From: Candidatus Staskawiczbacteria bacterium
Lineage (GTDB): Bacteria > Patescibacteriota > Minisyncoccia > Minisyncoccales > Staskawiczbacteraceae
Assembly: GCA_041659225.1 (NCBI GenBank)
Contig: JBAZYR010000001.1
Span: 98,087 to 162,086 of the forward strand
DNA: 64,000 nt
Reading direction: 5' to 3'
In this document: piece by piece, positions 18,334-28,869 of the stretch
Numbering within the stretch: the stretch's first letter is position 1
How the letters are laid out: the number at the start of each line of letters is the position of its first letter
The notes under the pieces: generated by a model
Seen by the model: only the letters and a program-made list of their open reading frames with translations
Told to the model about the DNA's origin: nothing
Databases searched by the model: none
Translations under genes and position numbers: made by a program

Positions 18334-18957
18334 TCACGATATCAAAAAAGTGGAGAGAAAAAACACACCAAGAAAAAATAGGGTACAAAGTATCGTAAGG
18401 AGAAGTGAAAAAAACTTCCTAACCAGAGTAACGCTAGATTGAGCGCTTATGGTCTCTGGCGAACTATCTAAGGCACTAGAAAAAATCCGCTGAGTCTTAT
18501 CAAAATAATCCCCGTCCATTATTCTTCTTAAAACAAAAAAATAAATGAAGAAGGCCAGGTAAAAATTAAGAATTACAAAAAATAGCGGCGGATCTTGATT
18601 CGGTATTAAGCCTGACCCAACCATCAGGCCCGTCGCCACTAAGGAGAACCAAAAAGCCATAACCCACCTGAAGAAGTCAGTCATAAATGACCAGAAAGAT
18701 GCCCCCGATTGAATAAGTTCGGGAACATTTTTAGAATTTGCGGATAGAAGAGTTCTAGCTCCGAGATAGAGAAAACGTAAAATAAAGAATAGAAACGGAT
18801 AAAGAAAAAAATCTACAACAGACGTCGAACCGACCCCGATAACCAGAGATACTGCATGCACTGGGATCAACTCGTACAGAGCCAGACCTTGGGCGAACAA
18901 AATCAGAGCTACTAAAGAGAGAAACAGATCAAAAAGAAATTTTATCTTCAAATCCAA
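18334..18957 (-). CDS. Hypothetical polytopic membrane protein
   Basis: Six or so hydrophobic helices. No motif recognised. Confidence 0.45.
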   Translation of the reverse strand: MDLKIKFLFDLFLSLVALILFAQGLALYELIPVHAVSLVIGVGSTSVVDFFLYPFLFFILRFLYLGARTLLSANSKNVPELIQSGASFWSFMTDFFRWVMAFWFSLVATGLMVGSGLIPNQDPPLFFVILNFYLAFFIYFFVLRRIMDGDYFDKTQRIFSSALDSSPETISAQSSVTLVRKFFSLLLTILCTLFFLGVFFLSTFLIS

Positions 18958-18980
18958 GATGTGTTAGATTACAAACGCTG

Positions 18981-19053
18981 GGTGGGCGAGGAGATTCGAA
19001 CTCCCCCTAGAAACTCCACAGGTTTCTGTGCTATCCACTACACTACGCCCACC
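18981..19053 (-). tRNA. tRNA-His (anticodon GUG) with encoded G-1
   Basis: Extra 5' G, then gtgggcg/cgcccac, anticodon stem gaaac/gtttc, loop ctgtgga, discriminator C. Confidence 0.8.
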
Positions 19054-19077
19054 ATGAAATAAATAACTTTCCTCTTG

Positions 19078-19149
19078 TGCCCTCAGGAGGAATCGAACCT
19101 CCATTTCAAGTTTAGAAAACTCGTGTTCTATCCGTTGAACTATAAGGGC
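19078..19149 (-). tRNA. tRNA-Arg (anticodon UCU)
   Basis: Acceptor gccctta/tgagggc, anticodon loop tttctaa, T-arm ggagg-ttcgatt-cctcc. Confidence 0.8.
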
Positions 19150-19805
19150 GCTTTTATCTTCATTATTTCTATAAATCCTATTTTCCAACCAGTAATTCTT
19201 CTGAATAGGTCTTTATTACAGACTGTTACTGCGCAAGTTCCATTGTATAATTTGTTTCTCCTATACCCCAAAGAAGTCTTCTTAATCTGAGTTTTATAGA
19301 ATTGTGACATGGGGACGCCCGTTATATCAGACCAATATTCCTCTATATCTTTACGACAATGAAGCGAGTGCATGTGTATACACAACCGAAACTTGTCTTC
19401 GGGAACGCCGCATGTTTTTCTGAACCATTCCATTATCAATTTTATCATTACAGGGTCTGAATTGCTAAATTTTACCACCTCTCTAGCCCCTTTGTCACCT
19501 TCTGCCCAATATAGCATCAAACCTGATAAAAATAAAGGGGTCTTCATCAAATCCTTAGGCTCTTTTTTAGCTTCTTCTATAACTTCTTTTGTTCTTTTTA
19601 TTCTTTTTTCGCGATTGATCTTTCCCCCGCTTAGTCCCGACATTTGTCTACCCTTCAATCTTAAAATCTGGCTCGGAGTGAGCTCAATATCACGCAACCA
19701 ACAGCCCAAGGTGCCTTTCGAAACCTTTAGCTTTTTCTTTATTTCATTATAGCTTTTCCCTTGTTCCCGTAAATTAATTGCCTCCAATCTCTCCTTTAAC
19801 TTCAT
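19140..19805 (-). CDS. HTH + LAGLIDADG-like domain protein (possible homing-endonuclease relative)
   Basis: N-terminal HTH (EQGKSYNEIKKKLKVSKGTLGCWLRDI). Central FLSGLMLYWAEGDKG resembles a degenerate LAGLIDADG block. The last 10 nt overlap the tRNA-Arg(UCU) 5' end. Confidence 0.4.
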   Translation of the reverse strand: MKLKERLEAINLREQGKSYNEIKKKLKVSKGTLGCWLRDIELTPSQILRLKGRQMSGLSGGKINREKRIKRTKEVIEEAKKEPKDLMKTPLFLSGLMLYWAEGDKGAREVVKFSNSDPVMIKLIMEWFRKTCGVPEDKFRLCIHMHSLHCRKDIEEYWSDITGVPMSQFYKTQIKKTSLGYRRNKLYNGTCAVTVCNKDLFRRITGWKIGFIEIMKIKAPL

Positions 19806-19902
19806 GACTTTATAGATGTATGATTCTTAATTATACAATAGTTGTCCATTTTTCTCAATATTTTGACTAGATTTACAAAAAATGATATTATCTTTTCTAT
19901 AA

Positions 19903-19973
19903 CGGGGTATTGTGTAACGGTAGCACGAATGCTTTGGGAGCATTTAGTTCCAGTTCGAATCTGGATACCCCGA
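19903..19973 (+). tRNA. tRNA-Pro (anticodon UGG)
   Basis: Acceptor cggggta/taccccg, anticodon stem aatgc/gcatt, loop tttggga, T-loop ttcgaat. Confidence 0.85.
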
Positions 19974-19975
19974 AT

Positions 19976-20049
19976 GCGGGTATCGCATAGTGGCCGTGCA
20001 CCGGCTTTCCAAGCCGATTACAGGGGTTCGATTCCCCTTACCCGCTCCA
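19976..20049 (+). tRNA. tRNA-Gly (anticodon UCC), CCA encoded
   Basis: Acceptor gcgggta/tacccgc, anticodon loop tttccaa, T-arm agggg-ttcgatt-cccct, 3' tcca. Confidence 0.85.
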
Positions 20050-20068
20050 CAATAAGAGACCTCTTTAA

Positions 20069-20509
20069 ATGAAAATAATTTACTGGATTATACTGATTCT
20101 AGCTATTGCAATAATATTAATTGGCTATTTTTTATTTCCCCCAAAAACAAAAACTCAAGTCTGTTTCGACAACAACTGTTTTAATGTCGAGACAGCTGAT
20201 AACGTTGCAAAGCAGAAAAATGGACTGATGCTTAGAGAAGAATTAAAAAACGACCAAGGCATGTTGTTTATTTTCTCAAAAGAAGACATTTATCCTTTTT
20301 GGATGAAAAATACTTTAATCCCATTAGATATAATTTGGCTGAACGAGAATAAAGAAGTGGTTTTTATCAACGAAAATACACAACCCTGCTTAATCAGTCC
20401 CTGCCCGGATATTGTTCCGACAGAAAAAGCAAAATACGTTTTAGAGATAAACGCGGGATTAGTAAATGAGACGGGACTATCTGTCGGTAGCAAACTAGAC
20501 TTCAAGTAA
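20069..20509 (+). CDS. DUF192-domain protein with N-terminal membrane anchor
   Basis: GLMLREELKNDQGMLFIF....PFWMKNTLIPLDIIWLNENKEVVFI matches the DUF192 pattern. Confidence 0.7.
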   Translation: MKIIYWIILILAIAIILIGYFLFPPKTKTQVCFDNNCFNVETADNVAKQKNGLMLREELKNDQGMLFIFSKEDIYPFWMKNTLIPLDIIWLNENKEVVFINENTQPCLISPCPDIVPTEKAKYVLEINAGLVNETGLSVGSKLDFK

Positions 20510-20541
20510 CAAAAAACCGCCTTGATGGCGGTTTTTGTTTT
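20510..20541. terminator. Bidirectional rho-independent terminator
   Basis: aaaaaaccgcc-ttgat-ggcggtttttg between the convergent DUF192 gene and rny. Confidence 0.8.
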
Positions 20542-20544
20542 CTT

Positions 20545-22074
20545 CTATTTCGCGTATTCTACCACTCTATTCTCCCTTATCACCACTACTCTTATCTCTC
20601 CGGGGTACTTTAATTCTTCTTCAATTCTATCTGCAATCTGGCGGGCTAATTTCTGGACACCCAGATCATCTACTTTATCTGATTGTACAAAAACTCTTAT
20701 TTCTCTCCCGGCTTGGATAGCGTACACCCTGTCTATGCCATTAAACTTCATAGCGATATCCTCTAGTTCTTTTAACCTTTGCAAATAGTTCTCCAATGTA
20801 TCCTTCCTGGCCCCTGGCCTTGCGCCTGAGATGGCATCAGCTACCTTAACTATAATAGCTTCGATAGATTCTACTGGGTGTTCCTCGTGATGCGATTGCA
20901 TCGCATTGATTATATCTTGATTCTCTCCAAACTTCTGTAGAATCTTAATCCCAATATCAACGTGAGAGCCCTGGATCTGATGATCAACTGCTTTCCCTAT
21001 GTCATGCAAAAGGCCCGCTCTCTTGGCTACTTGGCTGTTCGCCCCGATTTCGTCCGCGATGGCCTCTGCCAGAAATGCTACTTCCATCGAATGGATTAAA
21101 ACATTTTGGCCATAACTCGTCCTATAATACAACCTGCCTAATAATTGTATAAGCTTGTCATCGACTCCGATGATTCCTGCTTCGTAAATTGCTTTTTCTC
21201 CTGCCTCTCTTACTTTCTTGGCAATCTCTATCTTCGCCTCCTCAACTTTTTCTTCAATCTTAGCTGGCTGGATTCTTCCGTCTTGGATTAATTTATCCAA
21301 AGCTAATTTGGCTATTTGCCTGCGAATAGGATTAAAACTTGAGATAACAACTGACTCTGGCGTTTCATCAACTATTAATTCGACACCGGTAAGCTTCTCA
21401 AAGGTTCTTATGTTTCTCCCTTCCTTCCCGATAATCCTTCCCTTAATGTCTTCGTTCTTAAGGACAATAGTGGTTGTAGTTAATTCTTGAACTTGGGGGA
21501 CAGCACATTTTTGAATAGCTAGGGCTAAAATCTCTTTTGCTCTTCCTTCTATTCTTTCCGTGCCTTTTTCCTCAAGCTTCTTGATCTTTTCTAAAATCTC
21601 CTTTTGCGACTCTATCTCAACTAAAGAAAGCAATTCTTTCTTTGCATCTTCCCGAGAGATCTTAGCAATTTTTTCTAATTTTTCTTCGGCTTCCTGCCTT
21701 AATTTATCTAAACCTTCTTTCACCTCTCTCAACTTCTCTGTTTTTTGGCGCAGCTCTTCTTCTTTTTCGTCGAAAACAGATATTTTCTTGTCTAAAAGCT
21801 TCTCTCTATCCAGCAAAAGCTGCTGGCTCTTTAAGCTTTCGCGTCTTCGCTGGTCAACCTCTTCTCCGGCTTTAGCGATAATATCAGAGGCTCTATCTTT
21901 GGCGTCTTTTAGAGTATTGGCGCTTTCGAGTTTTACCTCCTCCATTCTCTTGTGCAGCCTCGCCTCTATCGTTCCCGCTCGCTTTTTGACAATAGATTGG
22001 CGTGCAAGATACCCGAGAATAACGCCGACACCTGCGGCGATTAAAGTGATTAAAACTATTGTGATTAAATCCAT
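20545..22074 (-). CDS. rny: Ribonuclease Y
   Basis: N-terminal TM helix, long coiled coil, KH domain (GRIIGKEGRNIRTFE), HD domain (GLLHDIGKA). Confidence 0.95.
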   Translation of the reverse strand: MDLITIVLITLIAAGVGVILGYLARQSIVKKRAGTIEARLHKRMEEVKLESANTLKDAKDRASDIIAKAGEEVDQRRRESLKSQQLLLDREKLLDKKISVFDEKEEELRQKTEKLREVKEGLDKLRQEAEEKLEKIAKISREDAKKELLSLVEIESQKEILEKIKKLEEKGTERIEGRAKEILALAIQKCAVPQVQELTTTTIVLKNEDIKGRIIGKEGRNIRTFEKLTGVELIVDETPESVVISSFNPIRRQIAKLALDKLIQDGRIQPAKIEEKVEEAKIEIAKKVREAGEKAIYEAGIIGVDDKLIQLLGRLYYRTSYGQNVLIHSMEVAFLAEAIADEIGANSQVAKRAGLLHDIGKAVDHQIQGSHVDIGIKILQKFGENQDIINAMQSHHEEHPVESIEAIIVKVADAISGARPGARKDTLENYLQRLKELEDIAMKFNGIDRVYAIQAGREIRVFVQSDKVDDLGVQKLARQIADRIEEELKYPGEIRVVVIRENRVVEYAK

Positions 22075-22217
22075 ATGTTATCTATTCGTATCATCGGCAT
22101 ATCATTTGTAGATTACGAATGAGACCCTAATGCTCCGAATTTAAATATATTTTTTAAATAAAACAACTCGCCATAACGTGGTGAGCTGTTGTATTTACAA
22201 AATATTTGATTGCCTAT

Positions 22218-22799
22218 CTATTTCGTTCCGATAACCTCGTCAATCAAGCCGTACTTTTTAGCTTCTTCGGCTGTCAGATAAAAATCCCTGTCAGTGTCCC
22301 TCTCTACTTTATCCAGCGGCTGGCCTGTGTGGGAAGACAAAATATTGTTTAGCCTTTCCCTTAGTTTAACAATCTGCTTGGCAGTAATCTCTATTTCAGT
22401 TGCTTGTCCTGTAACGCCGCCCGCCACTTGATGCAATAAAATTTCAGCTGAAGGCAGAGCAAACCTTTTACCTTTTGTGCCTGTCGCCAAAAGAATCGCA
22501 GCCATAGAGCCGGTCAAGCCGACTCCAATGGTAGAAACCGGGCATTTGACGTACTGCATTGTGTCGTAAATTGCTAACCCTGCTGTAACCGAACCTCCGG
22601 GACTGTTGATATATAGCTTGATATCACGCTTGGCGTCCTTGGAGGTCAAATACAGAATTTGAGCAATAATCAGATTTGCAGTCATGTCCGAGATGGGACC
22701 CGCAAGAAAAATAATCCGCTCTTCTAAAAGCCGAGAAAATATGTCGTAAACGCGCTCACCGCGTTGTGATTTTTCTACAATAGTTGGAACTATTGGCAT
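22218..22799 (-). CDS. clpP: ATP-dependent Clp protease proteolytic subunit
   Basis: [18 protein letters not shown]..., catalytic Ser context GLTGSMAA, and His in LLHQ. 193 aa. Confidence 0.95.
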   Translation of the reverse strand: MPIVPTIVEKSQRGERVYDIFSRLLEERIIFLAGPISDMTANLIIAQILYLTSKDAKRDIKLYINSPGGSVTAGLAIYDTMQYVKCPVSTIGVGLTGSMAAILLATGTKGKRFALPSAEILLHQVAGGVTGQATEIEITAKQIVKLRERLNNILSSHTGQPLDKVERDTDRDFYLTAEEAKKYGLIDEVIGTK

Positions 22800-22835
22800 T
22801 TATTTTAATTTTTAAACTTAACTTTCGAAAACTTT

Positions 22836-24134
22836 CTAGTTTTCATTTCTTGAAAAGCTTTCTAGCTTTTCAAATACTTTTTCGTTGTATACTACACCTC
22901 TAGCATACTCTTTAAGCTGGTTAATGTCAATTTTCTTTGCAGTCTCTGCCGGATACTTTTTTAGTATTCTATTGGCCTCTTCTTCCACCTCTTTTTCCTC
23001 AACTGATACGTTCTCCTTTTGTCCGATTTCCCTCAATACTAAAAAGTTTCTGACTTTTTTTTCTGCTTCTTTTTGGAAAGACTCTTTTATTGTTTTTTCG
23101 TCTTGTTTAATCGAGGATAAATACTCCTCGAAAGTCATCTTGAAATTTTGGCTTATCTTGTCCTGGAAATTATTGAACAGCCTGTCTTTTTCCATATCAA
23201 TCAAAAAATCTGGTATCTCAAGTTTAGATCTTTCAGCAACCTTTTCTATAACCTCGTTTCTTTGCCGCTCCCTTTCCTGCCCTTCTTTTTCCATCTTCAT
23301 TCCGTCTTTGATATTCTTTTCTAACGCAACGAGGTTTTCAAAATTTCCCAAGGACTTGGCGAAATTATCGTCAACTTCTGGAAGCTCGACTTGCTGGACC
23401 GAAAGCATTTTAACTTTAAAATTGACTTCCTTGCCGGCTAGATCTTTCCTGCTTGATTCCTTAGGAAAGATAATGAAGAAAGATTTCTCTTCATCGGCTG
23501 ACATCCCGATAAGATTCTTTTCAAATCCTGGAACCATTCCTCCCTCTCCTAAAATAAACTCGTCTTTTATGGGTTTCTTGGCATCGGGGGTGGATATGGC
23601 TCCGGATAATTCCGGACTTTCGTATTCAATCATCACAAAATCTTTTTCTTGAGCTGGCCGGCTCAACTGGGAAAACTTTGCCCTGCTTTTTCTCAAATAC
23701 GCAAAAGTGTCTGCCATATCCTCTTCTGTGATAGAAACTTCATTCTTTTTAATTTGCTGTGCAAACTTTTTGTAATCAGCCAACTCAACTTCAGGCATGA
23801 CAAAAACCTTTAGTTTAAAAAGGAAGGGATTACCTGGCGCTAATTTTAATACTTCTATCTCAGGTGAAGAAATCGGCTCAAGTTTGTGCTCTTTTATTGC
23901 TTCGGTATAAGCATCTTTTGCAGCCAAGTCAGCTGCTTCCGCCAACAGAGTTTCCTTACCAGCCTTCTCCTCAACTACGTTCCTTGGGGCATTACCTTTT
24001 CTGAAACCGTCTATATGCAAATGCTCAGCAGCATGTGCGGTGGCTTTATCAAGACATTTAGCAAGATCCTCTGTCGGAACCTCAAATTCAATTTCTACTT
24101 GCGATTTAGGCAATTTTTTAAGAGTGTTTTTCAT
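22836..24134 (-). CDS. tig: Trigger factor
   Basis: N-terminal ribosome-binding [13 protein letters not shown] motif, central PPIase-like region, C-terminal helical arm. Adjacent to clpP. Confidence 0.9.
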   Translation of the reverse strand: MKNTLKKLPKSQVEIEFEVPTEDLAKCLDKATAHAAEHLHIDGFRKGNAPRNVVEEKAGKETLLAEAADLAAKDAYTEAIKEHKLEPISSPEIEVLKLAPGNPFLFKLKVFVMPEVELADYKKFAQQIKKNEVSITEEDMADTFAYLRKSRAKFSQLSRPAQEKDFVMIEYESPELSGAISTPDAKKPIKDEFILGEGGMVPGFEKNLIGMSADEEKSFFIIFPKESSRKDLAGKEVNFKVKMLSVQQVELPEVDDNFAKSLGNFENLVALEKNIKDGMKMEKEGQERERQRNEVIEKVAERSKLEIPDFLIDMEKDRLFNNFQDKISQNFKMTFEEYLSSIKQDEKTIKESFQKEAEKKVRNFLVLREIGQKENVSVEEKEVEEEANRILKKYPAETAKKIDINQLKEYARGVVYNEKVFEKLESFSRNEN

Positions 24135-24156
24135 CCGTGATATATATTAATTTGTC

Positions 24157-26166
24157 TTACACTAAAAACCCTACGATGAGCAAAGCAACGATATTAATAA
24201 CCTTAATCATTGGATTGATAGCAGGCCCCGCTGTGTCTTTATACGGGTCTCCAACGGTGTCTCCGGTTACCGCTGCTTGATGAGCAAAAGACCCTTTGCC
24301 CCCGAAATTTCCTTCTTCAATATATTTCTTGGCATTATCCCAGGCAGCACCGCCAGTAGTCATAGAAATGGCAACGAAAAGGCCGGTAACTATACATCCG
24401 ATCAAAAGTCCGCCTAATGCCTCAACCCCCAAGGTTAATCCGACAATTATTGGAGCTACCACTGGAATTAAAGCAGGAAGGACCATTTCTTTAATAGCAG
24501 ACTTTGTTACAATATCAACGCACTTGCCATACTCTGGTCTGGCTGTCCCCTCCATTAATCCTTTAATCTCTCTAAATTGCCTTCTTACCTCTTCTACAAC
24601 TCCTGTGGCTGCTTTCCCTACTGCGCTCATGGCAAGGGAACCGAATAAATATGGCAGCAATCCGCCTATGAATAATCCGGCAATAACCTTTGGGTTGTCT
24701 AATAGGAATAAAACCTTTACGCCCAAGCCACTTAATTCATAAGAATAAGCGGCAAACAGAACCAAGGCAGCCAATCCTGCCGAAGCAATGGCATATCCTT
24801 TTGTTACTGCTTTTGTCGTGTTCCCGACTGAATCTAATTCGTCTGTTATTACCCTGACGCTTTCTGGCAACCCAGACATTTCAGCTATTCCTCCCGCGTT
24901 ATCAGTGATGGGGCCGTAAGCATCGACTCCTACTACAACACCGGCTAGAGAAATCATTGTTAAAACGGCCAACGCTACTCCATAAATTCCGGCCAGCCAA
25001 AAACTTACAACCATGCCGATTGAAATTAGCAAAATTGGTAAAGCAGTTGATTGCATGCCGATAGCAATACCAGTGATGATATTGGTTGCGTGTCCGGTCT
25101 GTGAAGAAGCAGCAATGCTTTTTACCGGTCCGTGTGTCTTTGAGGTGTAGTATTCTGTGATTACAAAAACTCCGGCAGCAATAATTAAACCTATTAATGT
25201 TGAAAGAAAATAGTTTGTTGCCAGTTCTGCCCCAACCATCTTTTGTATAATTGGGTAAAAACTAATGGCAGTAAGCAAACCAGTTACTGCAATACCTTTG
25301 TACAGGGCACCCATGATATTCTTCTTCTTTCCTAGCCTCACAAAGAAGCTCCCTATAACCGAAGCAACCATTGCCGCAGAACTTAATACTAAAGGCAGCA
25401 TAATAAACTGAGCTTTTCCCGAAAAAAGCAATCCCGCCAGAATCATTGTTGCTACAATTGTAACCACATAAGTTTCAAAAATATCTGCGGCCATGCCAGC
25501 ACAATCGCCGACGTTGTCCCCGACTTGGTCAGCTATTACAGCCGGGTTTCTCGGGTCGTCCTCAGGAATACCTTTTTCTACTTTACCGACTAAGTCAGCT
25601 CCGACATCAGCAGCTTTTGTATAAATACCGCCTCCGATTCTGGCGAATACAGAAATCAAGCTTGCTCCGAATCCCAGGGCGATTAAAGCTTTCAAGTCGT
25701 TCGTTATTAAATAGAAGCCGGCAACTGCCAGCAAACCCAAACTTACCACCAATAGCCCCGTTATCAATCCTCCGGTGAAAGAGAGATTTAAAGCTGGTTT
25801 TAGCCCTTTTTTTGCGGCCTCTGCGACCTTAGAATTAACTTGCGTAGAAACCAACATACCTATAACTCCGGAAAAAGCGGAGAGAAGAGCGCCGATCAGA
25901 AATCCGATACCGGTGATCAAGCCGGCTTTAATATCATTTGTGCTGATGCTATAAACTACGACTAAAATTATAAAAAGAACGACTGCAACTATGGAAACTG
26001 TTTTGTATTGCCTCTTTAGATAAGAAACTGCACCTTCTCTTATAGCTTTTTGGATTTCAAGCATTTTTCCGCTGCCAGAGGGAGATTTCTTAACTTTCTG
26101 GAACAGAAAATACACGAATCCGATTGTTAAAATCGAAACGATTATAGGAAACATTATTGTTGCCAT
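24157..26166 (-). CDS. hppA: Membrane-bound ion-translocating pyrophosphatase
   Basis: About 16 TM helices with [29 protein letters not shown] and [14 protein letters not shown] signatures. Confidence 0.95.
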   Translation of the reverse strand: MATIMFPIIVSILTIGFVYFLFQKVKKSPSGSGKMLEIQKAIREGAVSYLKRQYKTVSIVAVVLFIILVVVYSISTNDIKAGLITGIGFLIGALLSAFSGVIGMLVSTQVNSKVAEAAKKGLKPALNLSFTGGLITGLLVVSLGLLAVAGFYLITNDLKALIALGFGASLISVFARIGGGIYTKAADVGADLVGKVEKGIPEDDPRNPAVIADQVGDNVGDCAGMAADIFETYVVTIVATMILAGLLFSGKAQFIMLPLVLSSAAMVASVIGSFFVRLGKKKNIMGALYKGIAVTGLLTAISFYPIIQKMVGAELATNYFLSTLIGLIIAAGVFVITEYYTSKTHGPVKSIAASSQTGHATNIITGIAIGMQSTALPILLISIGMVVSFWLAGIYGVALAVLTMISLAGVVVGVDAYGPITDNAGGIAEMSGLPESVRVITDELDSVGNTTKAVTKGYAIASAGLAALVLFAAYSYELSGLGVKVLFLLDNPKVIAGLFIGGLLPYLFGSLAMSAVGKAATGVVEEVRRQFREIKGLMEGTARPEYGKCVDIVTKSAIKEMVLPALIPVVAPIIVGLTLGVEALGGLLIGCIVTGLFVAISMTTGGAAWDNAKKYIEEGNFGGKGSFAHQAAVTGDTVGDPYKDTAGPAINPMIKVINIVALLIVGFLV

Positions 26167-26216
26167 ATAAATTTAAAAAGGCAGTAACGCTTTGCGCACT
26201 CGCCAGTTATTAATTA

Positions 26217-27482
26217 TTAATCGACTTTTCCTTCCTCCTTTACAGGTTCGGAAGAAACTTCTTCGGCTTTCTTGACTTTTTTTGTTGTTTTGGGTTTCTT
26301 GGGTTTCTTCTCCTCTTCCGGCTTTTCTTCTGTTTCCTCCGCAACTTCTTCTACGCCAACCCCCTTAACATCAATCTTCCAGCCGGTAAGGTTAGCAGCT
26401 AACCTTACATTCCTACCGTCTTTTCCGATAGCCAATGATAACTGGTCTTCCGGGACTGAAACCAAGGCGGTATTCTTCTTATCGATCTTAACATCCACGG
26501 TTTTGGCAGGAGCCAAAGCATTAGCAATAAACTTAGCTGGGTCTTCCTTCCATTCGATAACATCTATTTTCTCACCTCCGAGTTCATTTATCACGGCCAT
26601 AATTCTAGTGCCTCTCTGGCCTACACAACTGCCTATAGGATCGATTCCCTCTTCGGTTGAGGTCACTGCTATCTTTGTTCTGAATCCGGGCTCCCTGGCG
26701 ATTGATTTTACAACGACAACACCAGTGGTGATTTCCGGTACTTCTAATTCGAAAAGCTTGGATATTAATTTGGGATAAGAACGTGATAAAAGAACAACCG
26801 GGCCTCTCGGCGTGTCATCTACCTTAAGTATGTAGAACTTTAGACGTTGCCCTGGCCTGTAAAACTCTCCTGGGGTCTGTTCTTCTCTATTCAAGGCGCC
26901 GAGAGTTTTTCCTATATCAACAAAAACAGTATTGCCCTCAATACGCTGTATAACGCCTGAGGTGATTTCTCCTTCCTTGGATTTGTACTCACTTAAAACG
27001 TTTTCCTTTTCTGCTTCTCTGATCTTTTGGAGAATAACCTGTTTGGCTGTTTGGGCGGCGATTCTGCCATAATCTGTTTTTGGCTCCAAAGGAATCTCTA
27101 TCTCTTCTCCGGCCTTAATTTTAGAATTATCTTTTTTAGCATCCGCCAGCATTATGTGCTTTTCTTCGTTAAAAACCACCTTTTTTCCTTCTTCGTGCTC
27201 CGCGTTTTCCATGGGTAGTTCCTTCTTTTCTTTCAAGGCCTCCAGCTCTTCTTCTGTATAGAGCATGTCTTGGTCAACTACTAACTTTATTTGCCAGAAC
27301 TTAACATCGCCAGATACTGGGTTGAAGCTGGCTTTGATTTTCTGTCCTTTCTTGCCGTAATCTTTCTTGTACGCAGTAGCAATCGCTGCTTCCAACGTTT
27401 CTATTATCTTTTCGGCCGATATGCCTCGGTCCTGAGCGACCTGGCTTAAGGCTCTTTGAAATCCTTTTATATCTATTTCCAT
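26217..27482 (-). CDS. nusA: Transcription termination/antitermination factor NusA with K/E-rich tail
   Basis: NusA N-terminal domain, S1 domain, two KH domains (IGSCVGQRGTRI, AIGKDGRNVRLA). Confidence 0.95.
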   Translation of the reverse strand: MEIDIKGFQRALSQVAQDRGISAEKIIETLEAAIATAYKKDYGKKGQKIKASFNPVSGDVKFWQIKLVVDQDMLYTEEELEALKEKKELPMENAEHEEGKKVVFNEEKHIMLADAKKDNSKIKAGEEIEIPLEPKTDYGRIAAQTAKQVILQKIREAEKENVLSEYKSKEGEITSGVIQRIEGNTVFVDIGKTLGALNREEQTPGEFYRPGQRLKFYILKVDDTPRGPVVLLSRSYPKLISKLFELEVPEITTGVVVVKSIAREPGFRTKIAVTSTEEGIDPIGSCVGQRGTRIMAVINELGGEKIDVIEWKEDPAKFIANALAPAKTVDVKIDKKNTALVSVPEDQLSLAIGKDGRNVRLAANLTGWKIDVKGVGVEEVAEETEEKPEEEKKPKKPKTTKKVKKAEEVSSEPVKEEGKVD

Positions 27483-27649
27483 AAAAATATGTTTATTATT
27501 TATCTCGAAATTTCTATAAAAAATGTCCGTGGTCAGACGGACGAATCTTCCAGAAATCCATTACTAATATCATCTTAACAAAGAATACCTTTGTGTCAAG
27601 TTTTTGTTCTGGAAGAACGAAGTAATCATCGCCTCACCAACTATTGTGG

Positions 27650-27681
27650 CAAAAAAAGAAGCGACTCCTTCAGAGTCGCCC
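27650..27681 (-). terminator. Rho-independent terminator of the 144-aa gene
   Basis: The minus strand reads gcgactc-tgaagg-gagtcgc followed by ttcttttttt. Confidence 0.7.
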
Positions 27682-27695
27682 TATACCCAAACAAA

Positions 27696-28130
27696 TTACT
27701 TTCTCTTGTTTCTCAAAGAATCGACCAACCTTTCAATGTCATTTTTACTTCTGAGTTTATCGCCTTTATGCGATAAAAGTGCTCCGAGGAGGAACGATCC
27801 GTCGCTATCCTCAAGCGCATCTTTCGCTGCACCTGCAAAGCCCAGAACTTCTTTAAGAATCTCAGCTTCTCTCCTTTTGTCAACATCTGTAAACCTGCCA
27901 GGCAACCGATTAGGTAAATCAATTAAAAGCTGTGCTCTTTCTCTGAGCTTTTGGCTATAGGTTTTTGCGTCCCTCCCGGCGGTCAAAGCAGCTTCTGCCT
28001 CAACGCCGAGGATACGGAATCTTTCCGCTGTTTCTCTTAATATCTCAGTAGCCGAAAGCGTTTCCTCTCTACTTTCTGGCGAATTGTCCATCTCGTTCTC
28101 CTTTGGAGTTGGTTGTTCCGGTGGTTTCAT
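27696..28130 (-). CDS. Hypothetical soluble helical protein
   Basis: 144-aa ORF with its own terminator. No motif recognised. Divergent from the T-box unit. Confidence 0.45.
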   Translation of the reverse strand: MKPPEQPTPKENEMDNSPESREETLSATEILRETAERFRILGVEAEAALTAGRDAKTYSQKLRERAQLLIDLPNRLPGRFTDVDKRREAEILKEVLGFAGAAKDALEDSDGSFLLGALLSHKGDKLRSKNDIERLVDSLRNKRK

Positions 28131-28220
28131 AGTATAAAAGAACTCGTGATTAACAGCATTTATTAATCATACATAAGAATATCATAATATCAAGTTCGTG
28201 CGGCAATATACATATGAGTA

Positions 28221-28250
28221 TTGACAAAGTCCAGCTAATTTTGCTATCCT
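28221..28250 (+). promoter_or_regulatory. Promoter of the T-box unit (TTGACA-18 nt-TATCCT)
   Basis: TTGACA at 28221-28226 and TATCCT at 28245-28250. Confidence 0.5.
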
Positions 28251-28256
28251 GTAAAC

Positions 28257-28518
28257 ACCTTAACAATAACCAAAACCAATGAATCGGGTCCCTTAGCGCA
28301 AGCAAAGGGGTTGGGCCCGAGGAGGTGATTTCTGCTTTTAGTGGAGATCCGGATTCCCCCGTAACCATGGGATAATTGATGAATTCGCTTTAAGCGGAGG
28401 AGTCAACGAAGAGCTCAATTGAATCTTCTCAGTTGAGAAACAGGGTGGCACCGCGAGTTTAAGACTTCTCGTCCCTGCAGCATAATTTTAATTATGCTCT
28501 AGAGACGGGAAGTTTTTT
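28257..28518 (+). promoter_or_regulatory. T-box riboswitch leader (tRNA-sensing antiterminator/terminator)
   Basis: 28438-28457 reads AAACAGGGUGGCACCGCGAG, the T-box core. The antiterminator pairs AGGG (28442-45) with CCCU (28473-76) and GCGAG (28453-57) with CUCGU (28468-72, including one G-U pair), leaving the 7-nt bulge UGGCACC. The competing long helix 28465-28512 is followed by UUUUUU (28513-18). AGUGGAGAUCC...CCGUAACC (28340-66) resembles stem I distal elements. Confidence 0.75.
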
Positions 28519-28554
28519 GTTACTTCTAATAGTCCTTTGACAAGGAGAGTCGAT

Positions 28555-28854
28555 ATGCAGCAGACCGATCAAGTTAGCAATCCATTTTCAATCGGCGCAT
28601 TATTGCCAGGCAACACAATCCGCCTTTTTCCCTCAATTGCACGCCAGATTCAACGCCAGCATCGAATGGAAGCAGGAACAGTGACAGACGTCCTGTGCCC
28701 GTTTTGCCAGAAAGGGCATTTGAAGGTAGAAGGAAAGGTTCCATCTACTGACAGTCCTCCAGGATGGGGGGCAAACGCCAAAAAAGAGACGGAATGCCGT
28801 CTCACATGCTCCGAAGATGGATGCAAAGGAAAATTCTTTTTTATCGAAGAGTAA
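28555..28854 (+). CDS. Small (99 aa) putative zinc-ribbon protein, function unknown
   Basis: AAGGAG RBS 7 nt upstream of ATG 28555. Cys pairs CPFC and CRLTCSEDGC. Bracketed by the T-box leader and its own terminator. Confidence 0.6.
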   Translation: MQQTDQVSNPFSIGALLPGNTIRLFPSIARQIQRQHRMEAGTVTDVLCPFCQKGHLKVEGKVPSTDSPPGWGANAKKETECRLTCSEDGCKGKFFFIEE

Positions 28855-28869
28855 TATGCTGCAAATCTC

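Noticed and set aside
22885-23652. Long antisense ORFs opposite tig (255 aa), rny (183 aa), infB (186 aa) and the coiled-coil gene (197 aa at 46550-47143)
   Set aside because: Their S/F/L-rich low-complexity translations are typical of the reverse complement of K/E-rich genes. The sense genes are unambiguous.
28150-28368. 72-aa minus-strand ORF in the T-box leader region
   Set aside because: It overlaps the promoter and stem I region of the T-box leader. It has no RBS and no conserved features, so the RNA-element explanation is preferred.
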